A stretch of DNA of 64,000 bases from Bacillota bacterium (GCA_021820465.1 JAKADP010000006.1:425-64424); one strand, 5' to 3'; positions 31,161 to 41,406 are shown, counted from the stretch's first letter. Translations and numbers: made by a program. The notes: generated from the sequence alone by a model not told the origin.

Positions 31161-31952
31161 GTGTCGACAACGACTGGAGACGTCTTTCAGGGTCAGGTGG
31201 CGATCGTCACGGGGGCGGGTCACGGACTGGGCCAGGCGATGGCCGGCATGCTGGCTGCCAGCGGCGCGGTGGTGCACGGGGCCGATCTGTCCGCCGACGA
31301 GCTTCGAGCCACGCAACGACTGGTAGAGTCCGAGGGCGGGGAATTCGCGCCGCGGGTGCTGGACGTGCGGGACTCATCGGCCTGGGGGGCCTGGGTGGAT
31401 GACATCGCGGATCGCCATCGCGGTCGGCTGGACATCCTCATCAATAATGCGGGCGGGGTCGCGGGTCAGGTGCACCACCCTATTGAGGATGTGTCCGACC
31501 AGGACTGGGCCGCTGTGATGGAGGCCAACCTCGGTGGGGCGTTTCGCGGCATTCGCGCAGTGGCGCCGCTCATGAAGCGCCGCGCGTACGGCCGCATCGT
31601 GACCATCACGTCGGGGGCGGGGCGCAGTTGGAGCCTCACGGGCATTCAGGCGTACACCAGCACCAAGGCGGGCGAGATTGGCCTCACGCGGCAGATGGCG
31701 TTTGAGTTGGGGCCGCACGGCATCACCGTGAATGCCCTGGCGCCCGGGTTTATCCGCAGCAACCCCGCCACCGAGCGGCAGTGGCTGGCGATGAGCCCCG
31801 CGGAGCAGGCGCAGCTGGTGGCGGGCACACCGGTCCGTCGGTTGGGAACCCCCCAGGACATTGCGTGGGCCGTGCGCTTCCTGGTGCATCCCCAGTCGGA
31901 GTTCATCACGGGTCAGGTGCTGTCGGTCGACGGGGGCCACCAGATGTTTTAG
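31161..31952 (+). CDS. SDR-family oxidoreductase (FabG-like)
   Basis: TGAGHGLG cofactor motif, NNAG, and the S...YTSTKAG catalytic motif. 263 aa. Confidence 0.85.
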   Translation: MSTTTGDVFQGQVAIVTGAGHGLGQAMAGMLAASGAVVHGADLSADELRATQRLVESEGGEFAPRVLDVRDSSAWGAWVDDIADRHRGRLDILINNAGGVAGQVHHPIEDVSDQDWAAVMEANLGGAFRGIRAVAPLMKRRAYGRIVTITSGAGRSWSLTGIQAYTSTKAGEIGLTRQMAFELGPHGITVNALAPGFIRSNPATERQWLAMSPAEQAQLVAGTPVRRLGTPQDIAWAVRFLVHPQSEFITGQVLSVDGGHQMF

Positions 31953-33592
31953 GGGAGGCTGGCCGGCGTTCCTGCGGGTTCGGGGGACTCGAGGGACTGG
32001 GGCGCACGCGCGTCTTCCACCAGGAGGTCGTGCGCCCAGTCCTCCTGAAACACGTAGGCGCGGTTCTTGCCGGCCCGCTTCGCCTGGTACATCGCAATGT
32101 CGGCGGCGCGAATTAAGCTGTCGCCGTCGTGGCGCTGGCTCGGATACAGGCAGAGGCCCACGCTGATGGTGGGGTCGACCGACACGCCGGGCCCGACGAG
32201 GATGGGCGAGCGCACTGCGGCCAGCAGGCGCGCGGCGGCGGATTCTGCCGCGGCGTGGTCGGGCACTTGGGCCAGCAGCACGCCAAACTCGTCGCCGCCC
32301 AGCCGGCTCACCACGTCAGTGCCGCGGCGCTGCTGTGCCAAGCGCTGGGCCAACTCTACCAGGACCGCGTCGCCGACCTGGTGGCCCCAGGTGTCGTTGA
32401 TCTGCTTGAAATTGTCGAGATCGAGAATGGCGAGCGCAAACGTGTCCCAGTGGCCAGGGCCCTCGGACAGAGCTTCGGTGAGTCGCTGATAAAATTGCGC
32501 GGCGTTGGGGAGCGTGGTGAGCTCATCGTGGTACGCCATGTGTGCCAGCTGCGCCTGCCGCTGGCGCTCCGCCGTGAGGTCATGCAGCACCAAGATGCAG
32601 TAGGTGGCGCCGTCCACCGTGACGTAGTCTCCCTCCGCCGTCATCCAGCGATCTCCCGTGGCGCCACGGAATCTGATCTCGCGTCCCCGGATGGGCCGCC
32701 GGCGCGCAAATCCGGTGCGAAACTGCGACATCACGTCCCGCTGGTCGGCGGGCAAGAGGTCAGCCAGCGATTCACCCGCCGACCCCACCAGGTGAATGGC
32801 GGTCGGGTTGCGATCCACGATGCGGCCCGTGCCGTCTACCATCAGGAGGGGAGCCGGCGTCAGCGAGAACAAATGGTGATACTGCTGCAGCCGAAACGGG
32901 AGATACGCATAGCGGCGCAGTGCGATGCGCACAGCGCATATCCACAGGAGCAGGCCCACCAGGTAAGGGAACGGCGGCATCCAGTTCGGGGCGTGGACGG
33001 GCAGCAGCGCACCCAGGAGCAAGTTCGCACCGCCCAGGAGCCCGTTGCCCCACAGGAGGCCGTCAATCTGACCGCGCCGGGCCGGGTCCTGCGTGCGGAG
33101 GCGCACCCACGCCAATGCCGCCACCAGCACGACCGACAGGGCGACAGCCACCCACATCGCCAGATGGAATGGCCGCGTGTAGAGGGGGGTGATCCAAAAT
33201 CCCGCGTGAGTAAAAGCATCCGCGTCAAACAGGTTGCGCCCCGTGATGAGGGTCCACAAGCCCGGGACCGTCCAGACGTACGCCAGCGCGATGCCAATCC
33301 CCGCCGGCATCCGATTCATCACCCGAAGGACGCGCAGACTGAGGTGGATGCCAAACGCCGTGATCAGAACGCCCAAGGTGGTCATGCCGTAGAGGGCGAT
33401 GGCGTGGTCGTCGGCCGGAGGCGCCACCTGGAGGGCGTACACCGCGAGGAGCATCAGACCAAAGGCGAAGTGCAGCGCGGCAATCAGGCGAGCGCTGGTG
33501 TGCTCGACATTGCTGCGGAGCGTGTCCAAGCCCCAGTGGAACATGAAGAACACGGGGATGCCAAACACTGCCAGCAACCACAAGCTGTGCAT
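31949..33592 (-). CDS. membrane-anchored PAS-GGDEF diguanylate cyclase
   Basis: About 7 N-terminal TM helices, a PAS-like middle region, and a C-terminal GGDEF with intact RLGGDEFG plus an RGTD I-site 5 residues upstream. The start is uncertain (ATG 33592; the ORF is open to 33808). Confidence 0.8.
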   Translation of the reverse strand: MHSLWLLAVFGIPVFFMFHWGLDTLRSNVEHTSARLIAALHFAFGLMLLAVYALQVAPPADDHAIALYGMTTLGVLITAFGIHLSLRVLRVMNRMPAGIGIALAYVWTVPGLWTLITGRNLFDADAFTHAGFWITPLYTRPFHLAMWVAVALSVVLVAALAWVRLRTQDPARRGQIDGLLWGNGLLGGANLLLGALLPVHAPNWMPPFPYLVGLLLWICAVRIALRRYAYLPFRLQQYHHLFSLTPAPLLMVDGTGRIVDRNPTAIHLVGSAGESLADLLPADQRDVMSQFRTGFARRRPIRGREIRFRGATGDRWMTAEGDYVTVDGATYCILVLHDLTAERQRQAQLAHMAYHDELTTLPNAAQFYQRLTEALSEGPGHWDTFALAILDLDNFKQINDTWGHQVGDAVLVELAQRLAQQRRGTDVVSRLGGDEFGVLLAQVPDHAAAESAAARLLAAVRSPILVGPGVSVDPTISVGLCLYPSQRHDGDSLIRAADIAMYQAKRAGKNRAYVFQEDWAHDLLVEDARAPQSLESPEPAGTPASLP

Positions 33593-33832
33593 CGCGCTTA
33601 TGGTCGGTGCGCGGCGGGGGCCGAACGGGGACTCATGTGTCTTGTGCGCCTCATAGGAGTTGTCCCTTCGTGCGGGAGCCCAGACTGCTGGGGTGACTTG
33701 GTCCAACGCTGAATAGTGCCACGCCGGGGCGACCGAAAGACTTTCTCGCTCGCCGGCGAGGCGGATTGTACCAATCTGCGCCGGGCCGGCGCCAGCCAGT
33801 GAGCGCATTTAGCGTGCGGCCCGGTGCCAGGG

Positions 33833-34651
33833 TCACGGCTGCCAGCCGGATCTCATCTGCTGAATGGCTTGAATGCGGCTCTGCAATAGCTCAGTCGGCA
33901 TGGACGACAGCGCCGCCTCCCAATTCGAGAGCTCCGCCACGTAGTCGTGCAGGGCTGACACCAGCTCGTCCCGATTGGCGTCCAGGATCTGGGACCAGAG
34001 CTCCGGTGGAGCCGCCGCCGTGCGGGTGGCGCCGAGGAACCCGGGCCCCATCAGCGTGGGGGTATCCTGATCTCCGTGAGCCACGGCGGTCAGCGCCAGC
34101 GCACTCAGATAGGGGAGATGGCTGGTGCGTGCCGCCAACCGATCGTGTCGGGCCGCCGGGACGGTAACCACGCGGGCGCCCAGCGGCTCTACCAAGGCAC
34201 GCATCTCCGCCTCGGGGCTCTCGCGGCCCGGGACGGGAATGAGCGCCCAAATGCGGTCGGCGTACAGATGCGCCTGGAAATTATGGCTCCCGCCCCGCTC
34301 GCGCCCGGCCATGGGGTGGGAGCTGGCCACTTTGAGCTCGGGGGGCAGCGCCGCCAACTCGGGCAGCACGCGGTGCTTCACACTGGTGAGGTCCGTGACC
34401 ACTGTGCCGGGCTCGAGGTGGGCCGTGGCGGTGGCCAGCACCCCCACAACCGCCAGCGGGGGCACGGCCAGCACAACCCAGCGCGGGCGGGGAGCCCGCC
34501 CAATCTGCACACCCTGGGCCGCCGCATGCTTGCACGCAGCGGCACTGGCATCGAGGCCATACACCGTAAATGCCTGGCCCGACTGCATCAAGCCCACGGC
34601 GAGGGACAGTCCCATGAGGCCCAACCCCCAGATTTCTACCTGGTCGGCCAT
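33833..34651 (-). CDS. tyrA: prephenate/arogenate dehydrogenase
   Basis: N-terminal Rossmann motif IWGLGLMGLSLA and SSHPMAG. Begins 1 nt after the DAHP synthase stop. Confidence 0.8.
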   Translation of the reverse strand: MADQVEIWGLGLMGLSLAVGLMQSGQAFTVYGLDASAAACKHAAAQGVQIGRAPRPRWVVLAVPPLAVVGVLATATAHLEPGTVVTDLTSVKHRVLPELAALPPELKVASSHPMAGRERGGSHNFQAHLYADRIWALIPVPGRESPEAEMRALVEPLGARVVTVPAARHDRLAARTSHLPYLSALALTAVAHGDQDTPTLMGPGFLGATRTAAAPPELWSQILDANRDELVSALHDYVAELSNWEAALSSMPTELLQSRIQAIQQMRSGWQP

Positions 34652-34652
34652 G

Positions 34653-35600
34653 TTAGAGCGTCCGATCTACGCTGGCCGCCACGGGGCCCAGCGAGCGCAC
34701 CAACGCATCGAATCCGCCCAACGTGAGGCTCTGCGGCCCATCCGACAGCGCCTCGCGGGGATTGGGGTGCACCTCGACAATGAGCGCATCGGCCCCGACC
34801 GCCACCGCGGCGCGAGACAGGGCCGGCACCAAGGCGCGCTCCCCGGTGGCGTGCGAGGGATCCACCACCACCGGCAGGTGCGTCAGCGCCCGCAGCAGCG
34901 GGACTGCGGCCAGATCCAGCGTGTTGCGCGTCCGGGGTTCGAACGTGCGGATGCCGCGCTCCGCCAGCGCGACATAGGGGCTGCCGGCCGCCATGATGTA
35001 CTCCGCCGCGTACAGCCACTCGTCGATGGTAGCGGCCAAGCCACGCTTGAGGAGCACCGGCTTTTTGGTGGCGCCGGCGGCCGACAGCAGCGCGAAATTC
35101 TGCATGTTGCGGGCGCCAATCTGAATGAGGTCGGCCACCTCCGCCACGGCCGCCAAATTCTCGGTGTCCAGGGCTTCGGTGACAATGCGGAGGCCAAAGC
35201 GACTTCTGGCTTCGTCCAAGAACTTCAATCCCTGGAGGAGCAGGCCCTGAAAGCTGTAGGGGGACGTGCGGGGCTTGAAGGCCCCGCCGCGCAGGACCGT
35301 CGCGCCGGCGGCGGCCACGGCCTGGGCCACCGCCATCAGCTGGTCTTCGTTTTCCACCGCGCAGGGCCCAGCCATGAGGAGCACTTGCGGTCCGCCCAAG
35401 ACAATGCCGCCACCCAGAGGGATCGTGGTGGCATGGGGATGGTGGGCTCGCGATACCAGGCGCCAGTCGGGCCGACCCACGAGGGCGGGTGCCAGAGCCA
35501 GCGCATCGGCGCTATACGCCGTCCGCTCCTCAGTGGGGACCGCCAGGGCGTTGGGGGAGGCTGGGGAGATCGGGAAGCTTGGAGATAGTGTTCTGGTCAC
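34653..35600 (-). CDS. 3-deoxy-7-phosphoheptulonate (DAHP) synthase, type I-beta
   Basis: [31 protein letters not shown] and KRG motifs. GTG 35600 lies 6 nt after AAGGAGG. Confidence 0.9.
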   Translation of the reverse strand: MTRTLSPSFPISPASPNALAVPTEERTAYSADALALAPALVGRPDWRLVSRAHHPHATTIPLGGGIVLGGPQVLLMAGPCAVENEDQLMAVAQAVAAAGATVLRGGAFKPRTSPYSFQGLLLQGLKFLDEARSRFGLRIVTEALDTENLAAVAEVADLIQIGARNMQNFALLSAAGATKKPVLLKRGLAATIDEWLYAAEYIMAAGSPYVALAERGIRTFEPRTRNTLDLAAVPLLRALTHLPVVVDPSHATGERALVPALSRAAVAVGADALIVEVHPNPREALSDGPQSLTLGGFDALVRSLGPVAASVDRTL

Positions 35601-35652
35601 GCGCACCCTCCTTAAGGAACCTAATGTGTGGGCCCAATAGCCGCCGAACAAC

Positions 35653-35910
35653 AAAAAACTTCGCCCCATCGGGACGAAGTTGCCTTCGCGGTACCACCCT
35701 GATTGCGCACCCAGCCCATAGGTCTGAGCACGCCACTCTTGTGCGCCCGATAACGGAGGCCAGCCGTCTCGCCTACTACTCCCTGGCGGGGATGTTCGGT
35801 CTGCGCTCCCGGGGGTATAGCCAGGGGCCCCGGATGGCTTGCACCTGCCGCCATCTCTCTGGTTTCAAGGCTGTCTGGCTTCTTCCGGTCATCGCTTTCG
35901 GATATTGGCG
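35653..35910 (-). promoter_or_regulatory. T-box leader controlling DAHP synthase-tyrA (probable Tyr specifier)
   Basis: Minus-strand RNA shows AGAGAG, a distal AGGUGCAA, the T-box core AAUCAGGGUGGUACCGCG (about 35684-35703) and the terminator CUUCGUCCCGAUGGGGCGAAG plus a U6 run (35653-35679). The candidate specifier UAC is at 35817-35815. Confidence 0.8.
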
Positions 35911-35915
35911 CCAAT

Positions 35916-35943
35916 CATATACGACGCCGGGAGGGTTCGTCAA
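35916..35943 (-). promoter_or_regulatory. promoter of the aro T-box leader
   Basis: TTGACG (35943-35938), a 16-nt spacer, then TATATG (35921-35916). Confidence 0.5.
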
Positions 35944-36051
35944 CGAAGTGAGCGCGCCAAATTTTTCGTCCGGCCCCGAGATGGTGCGCTTTGCGAAACT
36001 TGACAGGTGTCGGGGGCGGGGCAACACTGCGACGCAAAGGGGGAAGGCGCG

Positions 36052-37224
36052 ATGGACTTCCATACGCGGGTGGTGGCGGCCGACGAGCGAGCAGCGCCCG
36101 ACAACGCAGTATCTCCGCCCATCTTTCAGACGTCGGCCTTTGCTTTTCGCGACGTGGACGCCGTGGACCAGCTCTTGGGCGGTTCCCAGGCGGGCTATTC
36201 CTACACCCGAGGCGGCAATCCCAATTTTGACGCGCTGGCGGATTTCATCGCGGGCCTGGAAGACGCCGAAGCGGCCGTGGTGACCGCCTCGGGTACAGGG
36301 GCACTCTTGGCAGGGATTCTTACACTGGCTCCGAGTCCGGTGCGCCTCCTGGTGTCTCGAGAAATTTACGGGGGCACGGTGGGCTTGAGCCGTCGGCTCC
36401 TGGCGCCCTTGGGGTATCGGATGGAGTGGGTGGACCTCCACGATGTCAGCGCCGTCGCGGCGGCGTGTGCCGGCCCGCCGGCCATCCTGCTGGCCGAGAG
36501 CATCTCCAACCCCCTGGGCCGCGTGGCGCCATTGGATGAAGTGATTCGGACGGCGCACGCGGCGTCGGTGCCGGTCATGGTGGACAACACCTTTGCCACC
36601 CCGTATCACGCCGAGCCACTCGCCTGGGGTGCGGACGTGGTGGTCCATTCGCTCACCAAGTTTATCGGAGGCCACAGCGATCTGATTTTGGGCGTGGTGG
36701 CCGGATCTCGGGAGCGGATGGCCGCGGCGCGAGAGATCGTGGCGTCGGCCGGCCTGACACCCGACCCGTTCGCCACGTGGCTGGCGCTGCGGGGTGCTCG
36801 CACCCTGGCCGTCCGGATGGAGCGGGCCAGTGCCAATGCGCTGGCGCTGGCCACGGCTCTAGAGGCCCACCCGGCGGTACACCGTGTGTACTATCCAGGG
36901 CTGGCGTCGCACCCGGACCGCGCGGTCGCCCAGCGTCTCTTGTCCCGGGGCTCGGGAGCGATCGTATCACTGGCGCTGACCGGCGGGTATGACGCGGTCC
37001 AGGCGATGGTGCGCCGCCTCCAGCTGGTGCGCTTTGTGCCCAGCCTGGGGGACGTCGCGACGACCCTCTCGCATCCGAAGGTAGCGTCGCACCGCGAGCT
37101 GTCGCCCGATGAGCAGGAAGCGGTCGGAATTGACGGGCGGGTTGTGCGCATCTCCGTGGGCATCGAGCAGGTGGCCGACATCCTTGAGGATTTTTGCCAG
37201 GCGCTCGGCGGTGGTGCGTCATGA
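36052..37224 (+). CDS. Cys/Met-metabolism PLP-dependent enzyme (cystathionine gamma-synthase / methionine gamma-lyase family)
   Basis: 390 aa. PIFQTSAF, YTRGGNPN, and the PLP-lysine motif HSLTKFIGGHSD. Confidence 0.85.
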   Translation: MDFHTRVVAADERAAPDNAVSPPIFQTSAFAFRDVDAVDQLLGGSQAGYSYTRGGNPNFDALADFIAGLEDAEAAVVTASGTGALLAGILTLAPSPVRLLVSREIYGGTVGLSRRLLAPLGYRMEWVDLHDVSAVAAACAGPPAILLAESISNPLGRVAPLDEVIRTAHAASVPVMVDNTFATPYHAEPLAWGADVVVHSLTKFIGGHSDLILGVVAGSRERMAAAREIVASAGLTPDPFATWLALRGARTLAVRMERASANALALATALEAHPAVHRVYYPGLASHPDRAVAQRLLSRGSGAIVSLALTGGYDAVQAMVRRLQLVRFVPSLGDVATTLSHPKVASHRELSPDEQEAVGIDGRVVRISVGIEQVADILEDFCQALGGGAS

Positions 37225-38312
37225 GCGGCGCGGGAGCGGGGCCCGGCGCCGGATATCAAAGTCTTCGCTGGGACGATGGGATTTTGTGGGTTCTAGACCA
37301 ACGGCGCCTTCCGGGTGAAACCCGCTATATTCGTGCCGACGCGGTGACCGTGGTGGCCGACGCCATCCGCACGCTGGCCGTCCGGGGGGCCCCGGCAATT
37401 GGCGCGGCGGCCGCGTATGGGCTTGCGCTGGCGGCCGCCCCCGCTCCCGGCGACGATGTGGCGGCCGTGCGTGAGCGTGTGGAGCGTGCCGCGGTGCTGC
37501 TGCGCGCCACGCGGCCCACGGCGGTGAACCTGGGGTGGGCGCTGGACCGCGTGCTGCGGTCGGCGGCGGGGCAGCCGACCGCCGCCGCGCTGTCCGAGCG
37601 GGTGTTGGCAGAAGCCGCCGCGATTGCCGACGAGGACCGCCGCATCAACCGAGCGCTGGCGCAGCACGGGCAAGCCGTGCTGCCGCGCCGGTCGGCGCCC
37701 GTGACGGTGATCCACCACTGCAACACCGGCTCGCTGGCCACCGTGGACTATGGCACGGCCCTGGGGGTGATCCGGGCGGCCCACGAAGCGGGACAGAATC
37801 TTTTGGTACTGGTGGATGAGACGCGCCCGCTGCTGCAGGGGGCCCGTCTGACCATGTGGGAGCTCCAGCAGCTTGGCATCCCAGCCGCCCTGATGGTGGA
37901 CGGCGCGGCTGCCCATCAGATGCGGACGCGCGGCGTGGACCTGTGCCTCGTCGGGGCAGATCGCATCGCGGCGAACGGGGACGTCGCCAACAAAATTGGC
38001 ACGTACCAGCTGGCGCTGGCCGCCAAGGCGCACGGCGTGCCGTTTTACGTGGCCGCACCGCTCAGCACCGTTGATCTCACGACACCCACTGGCGACGCCA
38101 TGGTGATTGAGGAGCGCCACCCCGACGAGGTGGCTGTGGTCGGGGGCCGCCGCATGGCTCCGGAAGGGGTGGTGGTGCTGAATCCAGCATTTGATGTGAC
38201 CCCCGCCGCGCTGGTGGCCGGCATCATCACGGAAGCGGGGGTGGTGCGGCCGCCGTATGCCGAAAGCCTGGCGCTGGCGATGGGCCGTGGGAGATCGAGT
38301 AAAATCGAGTAA
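37221..38312 (+). CDS. mtnA: S-methyl-5-thioribose-1-phosphate isomerase
   Basis: LVLDQRRLP-type N-terminus (WVLDQRRLPGE), VRGAPAIGAAAAYG and CNTGSLAT. ATGA overlap with the upstream PLP enzyme gene. Confidence 0.9.
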   Translation: MSGAGAGPGAGYQSLRWDDGILWVLDQRRLPGETRYIRADAVTVVADAIRTLAVRGAPAIGAAAAYGLALAAAPAPGDDVAAVRERVERAAVLLRATRPTAVNLGWALDRVLRSAAGQPTAAALSERVLAEAAAIADEDRRINRALAQHGQAVLPRRSAPVTVIHHCNTGSLATVDYGTALGVIRAAHEAGQNLLVLVDETRPLLQGARLTMWELQQLGIPAALMVDGAAAHQMRTRGVDLCLVGADRIAANGDVANKIGTYQLALAAKAHGVPFYVAAPLSTVDLTTPTGDAMVIEERHPDEVAVVGGRRMAPEGVVVLNPAFDVTPAALVAGIITEAGVVRPPYAESLALAMGRGRSSKIE

Positions 38313-38394
38313 GTTAGAAGCTAACGGCTGCGACATGGGGCGCTGGCGGCAAGCCCGAGTGCCACGCGCCGGGAGATACGGAAGGGGTGGCGTC

Positions 38395-39252
38395 GTGCGG
38401 TTGTGGCAGTCCCTGCATCATCTGGTCGACCCCGCGAACCACACGGAAGAAGAAGTGGTGGGCTTTCAACAGATTGGCGGGCAGGTTTTGGATGTTCTGG
38501 ACCGACTGACTAAGGAAAACGCGCCCGGGGCCGCGCTCGCATACATTCAAGTGGCGCGCTGCCTCGAGATTGCGGCGGACGGGCTCATCGCGCCCTACCA
38601 GGAGCCGTCGGCGGCGACCCATATGCCCAACTGGGTTCGAAGTCAGGCGCTTGCGCTCTACCACCCCATTCCGGAGCTTGTGACGGCCGCCAAGCAAGAA
38701 GCCATCGATCCCGGCGGCGGCCGCGACGTGGATCTCCCGTGGGTATTGAAGGGGCGGGTCATGGGGGCCAGCCGGGAAGACATGAGCGTCTTCCGTGCCT
38801 ACGGCGGCGCCGTCAAGGGCGTCATGGAGTGGGTGGAGGTTGCCGTGCAGTCGGGCCCCGCGCTCAAGCAGGCGCAGCTGTACTTCGCTGAGGCGTCGAC
38901 GAACTGGGATTCGGCCAACCATCTGCTGTATGGCTTCCGGGATCAGGCTCCGTCCGCGGGGACGCTGACGTCGCTCGACAACTATCTGTGGACGGCGCTG
39001 GCGTATGCGCTGGGTGCCATCCAAGAGCAAATGAGCCCAGGCATCATGCAGCAGATGGACATTGACACCATGCTCGAAGGGGCCGAGATCCACGATGGCC
39101 ACCTTCAAGTCCTGCGCACCGACCGGTCTGGGCACAGCGAGGTGGTGCGGGATATTGCGCGGCAGTGGCGGGACGTGATGCGGGACGAAGGGCCGTACGC
39201 CGAGCACCACCATGAGCACCACGAGCACCACCACCATCGCGACTGGGATTGA
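38395..39252 (+). CDS. hypothetical protein with a His-rich C-terminal tail
   Basis: 285 aa from GTG 38395 behind GGAAGGGGTGG. Ends in EHHHEHHEHHHHRDWD. No family recognised. Confidence 0.55.
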   Translation: MRLWQSLHHLVDPANHTEEEVVGFQQIGGQVLDVLDRLTKENAPGAALAYIQVARCLEIAADGLIAPYQEPSAATHMPNWVRSQALALYHPIPELVTAAKQEAIDPGGGRDVDLPWVLKGRVMGASREDMSVFRAYGGAVKGVMEWVEVAVQSGPALKQAQLYFAEASTNWDSANHLLYGFRDQAPSAGTLTSLDNYLWTALAYALGAIQEQMSPGIMQQMDIDTMLEGAEIHDGHLQVLRTDRSGHSEVVRDIARQWRDVMRDEGPYAEHHHEHHEHHHHRDWD

Positions 39253-39279
39253 CCGCACACGCCGCGGGCGCCGGGCCGG

Positions 39280-39585
39280 TCACGTCGGGCCCGGCCCCAG
39301 GGTGCGCTGGCAGTGGGGGCAAACGCTGGCGCCGTGGCGCACTGGCTCTTGGCAGTAGGGGCAGGCAAAGCCGCTCCGGAGCGCCTCACGGCGCTGTGCC
39401 TCGGGCGACGCCGGGATGATGAGCATGATGACCACGCCGATCCAGCCCAAAAGGATCCCAAGGATCCATCCCAGCACCGCCAGGCCCTTCTTGTTGCCGA
39501 GGTGCACACTGACCCACACCGCTGCCACCGTGAGGGCAAGAGACAAGAACACGAACAGGCTCGCAAGTCCGGCCCCAGATGCCAT
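39280..39585 (-). CDS. small 2-TM membrane protein with a C-terminal CPxC...CPxC zinc ribbon
   Basis: 101 aa. GWILGILLGWIGVVIMLI, then CPYCQEPVRHGASVCPHCQ. GGGGGAGGG precedes the ATG. Confidence 0.7.
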   Translation of the reverse strand: MASGAGLASLFVFLSLALTVAAVWVSVHLGNKKGLAVLGWILGILLGWIGVVIMLIIPASPEAQRREALRSGFACPYCQEPVRHGASVCPHCQRTLGPGPT

Positions 39586-39823
39586 TGGCCCTCCCCCTTG
39601 GTGAGTGCGCCGGCGGCCAGCCGGCGCCTGGTGCCTCCACGCCATCTTACGTCGGAGGTCGCGTGGACCCCACACCTTGCCGCGAAATTCGATCAAGGGC
39701 CCTGCAGGCGCGGCGCCCAGAGGGCAGCGGCGCGGCTCCCCGATCGGCGCGACCGACATAACACCACGCCAGGCCACGGCGAGGCTCTCTTTATCCTCGT
39801 GCCGCTCGTGTCTTTAGCAGCGG

Positions 39824-40522
39824 TCACTGCGCGCCGCCGACCATGCGGCCCCCGCTTGGGGCGAGCACAGCCACACTATCGCGTCGGCCGCCTCCGTGGG
39901 GCGCCCCACCCGTCCCAGCAGCACCGCGCGGGCTATTTCGGCGCGCTGCGTCCGAGAGCGCGCCGATGCGGTCGTTTTCGATGGGCCCAGGACTCACCGC
40001 CTTGATGCGGCTGCCCTCGGCGGCGCACTCGAGCGCCGCGCAGCGCGTGAGCCCGATGACGCCGTGCTTGCTGCCCGCGTAGGCACTCAGCCCGGGCCAC
40101 CCGGACACCCCCGCGGTGGATGCGATGTTGACGATGGCCCCGGCTCCGCCCCGCATCAGGGCGATCTCGGCCCGCATGCACAGCAGCAGCCCCCGCAGGT
40201 TGACCGCGATGATGGGGTCGAAGGTGTGCGCGATGCTCATCGCGGTGATGGCCGTGGGCATGCCCGACATCCCCGCCGCGTTGCAGGCGGCGTCGAGGCG
40301 CCCCCAACGCGCGGCCACGGCGTCAAACAGCGCGCGCACCGCCGTCTCGTCGGCCACGTCCGTGGCCAGGGCCAGCACATCGCCGCCAGCCGCCCCAAGC
40401 TCTGCGGCCAGGGAGTCCAAATCGGACGCGGTTCGAGACGCCAGCGCCACGTGGGCGCCGCGAGCCGCGAACGCGTGAGCCACTGCTCGCGATTTCCATG
40501 GCCTCGCGGCGGTGCGGGGCAT
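39824..40522 (-). pseudogene. decayed SDR-family oxidoreductase
   Basis: The catalytic SAYAGSKHG is present, but the N-terminal TGxxxGxG motif is absent in every frame. The consensus C-terminal segment LLGRVGRPTEAADAIVWLCSPQA is readable only in a different frame from the main ORF. Confidence 0.6.
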
Positions 40523-40634
40523 CGTGGAAGCCCACGGCTCAGTCAGAGCCAGGGCAGGGCACCCGCTTGGTGGTGGCGCTGCCGCGAACGCCGGACCTGG
40601 CGGCCGCCGACGCGCCTCCCATGCCGGTCGGCCG

Positions 40635-41057
40635 TTAGGCGCCGGCCAGTGGAGCCCCCGACTGGCGCTGGTACTGACGGCGCATCATGGCGGTGCCGGC
40701 CACAAACCCGAGGCGCTCGTAAAACGGGACCACATCGGGATCGCAAGTCACGTCCACCATGTAGAGCGCGTCCAATGCGCCCAGCAGCCGGCGCACCAGC
40801 TCCGTGCCCACGCCGCTGTGACGGTAGGCCGGCAGCACTTCCAGCAGGGGAATGTAGGCAGACAGCACGCCATCGCTGATGGCGGTGACGAATCCCACGA
40901 CCCGCTCGTCGTCGTCGTCGGGCAGGGCTACCACGGCTCGGAAGCTAGACTGGAGCAGGCGCAGATGGGTGGCGGGCGACGGAGGAGACGGCCACCCCAC
41001 AAAGAAGCCCCCCAATTGCGCTGCCGTTAGGTTCGAGGCGTCGGTGAGGTAGCGCAA
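40635..41057 (-). CDS. GNAT N-acetyltransferase
   Basis: 140 aa. LEVLPAYRHSGVGTELVRRLL and FYERLGF motifs. Confidence 0.8.
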   Translation of the reverse strand: MRYLTDASNLTAAQLGGFFVGWPSPPSPATHLRLLQSSFRAVVALPDDDDERVVGFVTAISDGVLSAYIPLLEVLPAYRHSGVGTELVRRLLGALDALYMVDVTCDPDVVPFYERLGFVAGTAMMRRQYQRQSGAPLAGA

Positions 41058-41091
41058 GGCGTAAAACCCCTCATTTCTTACTGTCGCCTGA

Positions 41092-41406
41092 TTAGGCGTG
41101 GCCGACGGGCTTTAGGTCGCGCTGGCAGTGCGGGCACACGATGGCGCCGTACCGGACCGGCTCCTGACAGAAAGGGCAGGGAAATCCCGCTGCCAGCTGT
41201 TCCTGGCGCTGGACTTCGAAGGACGGCGCCACCAGCAGCATGATGATGACCCCGATCCATCCCAAAAACAGCCCCACAACCCATCCCAGGAGCGTGTGGC
41301 CCTTGGTGTTGCCCACGTGCACGCAGATCCAGATGGGGGCCAGCCACATGAACAGGGCGAACAGAAGAACAAGGAGTGCGACGGACAATCCCAGGGCAGG
41401 TACCAT
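41092..41406 (-). CDS. small 2-TM zinc-ribbon membrane protein, paralog of 39280..39585
   Basis: 104 aa. GWVVGLFLGWIGVIIMLL, then CPFCQEPVRYGAIVCPHCQ. Collinear with the other copy, with roughly half the residues identical by eye. Confidence 0.7.
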   Translation of the reverse strand: MVPALGLSVALLVLLFALFMWLAPIWICVHVGNTKGHTLLGWVVGLFLGWIGVIIMLLVAPSFEVQRQEQLAAGFPCPFCQEPVRYGAIVCPHCQRDLKPVGHA

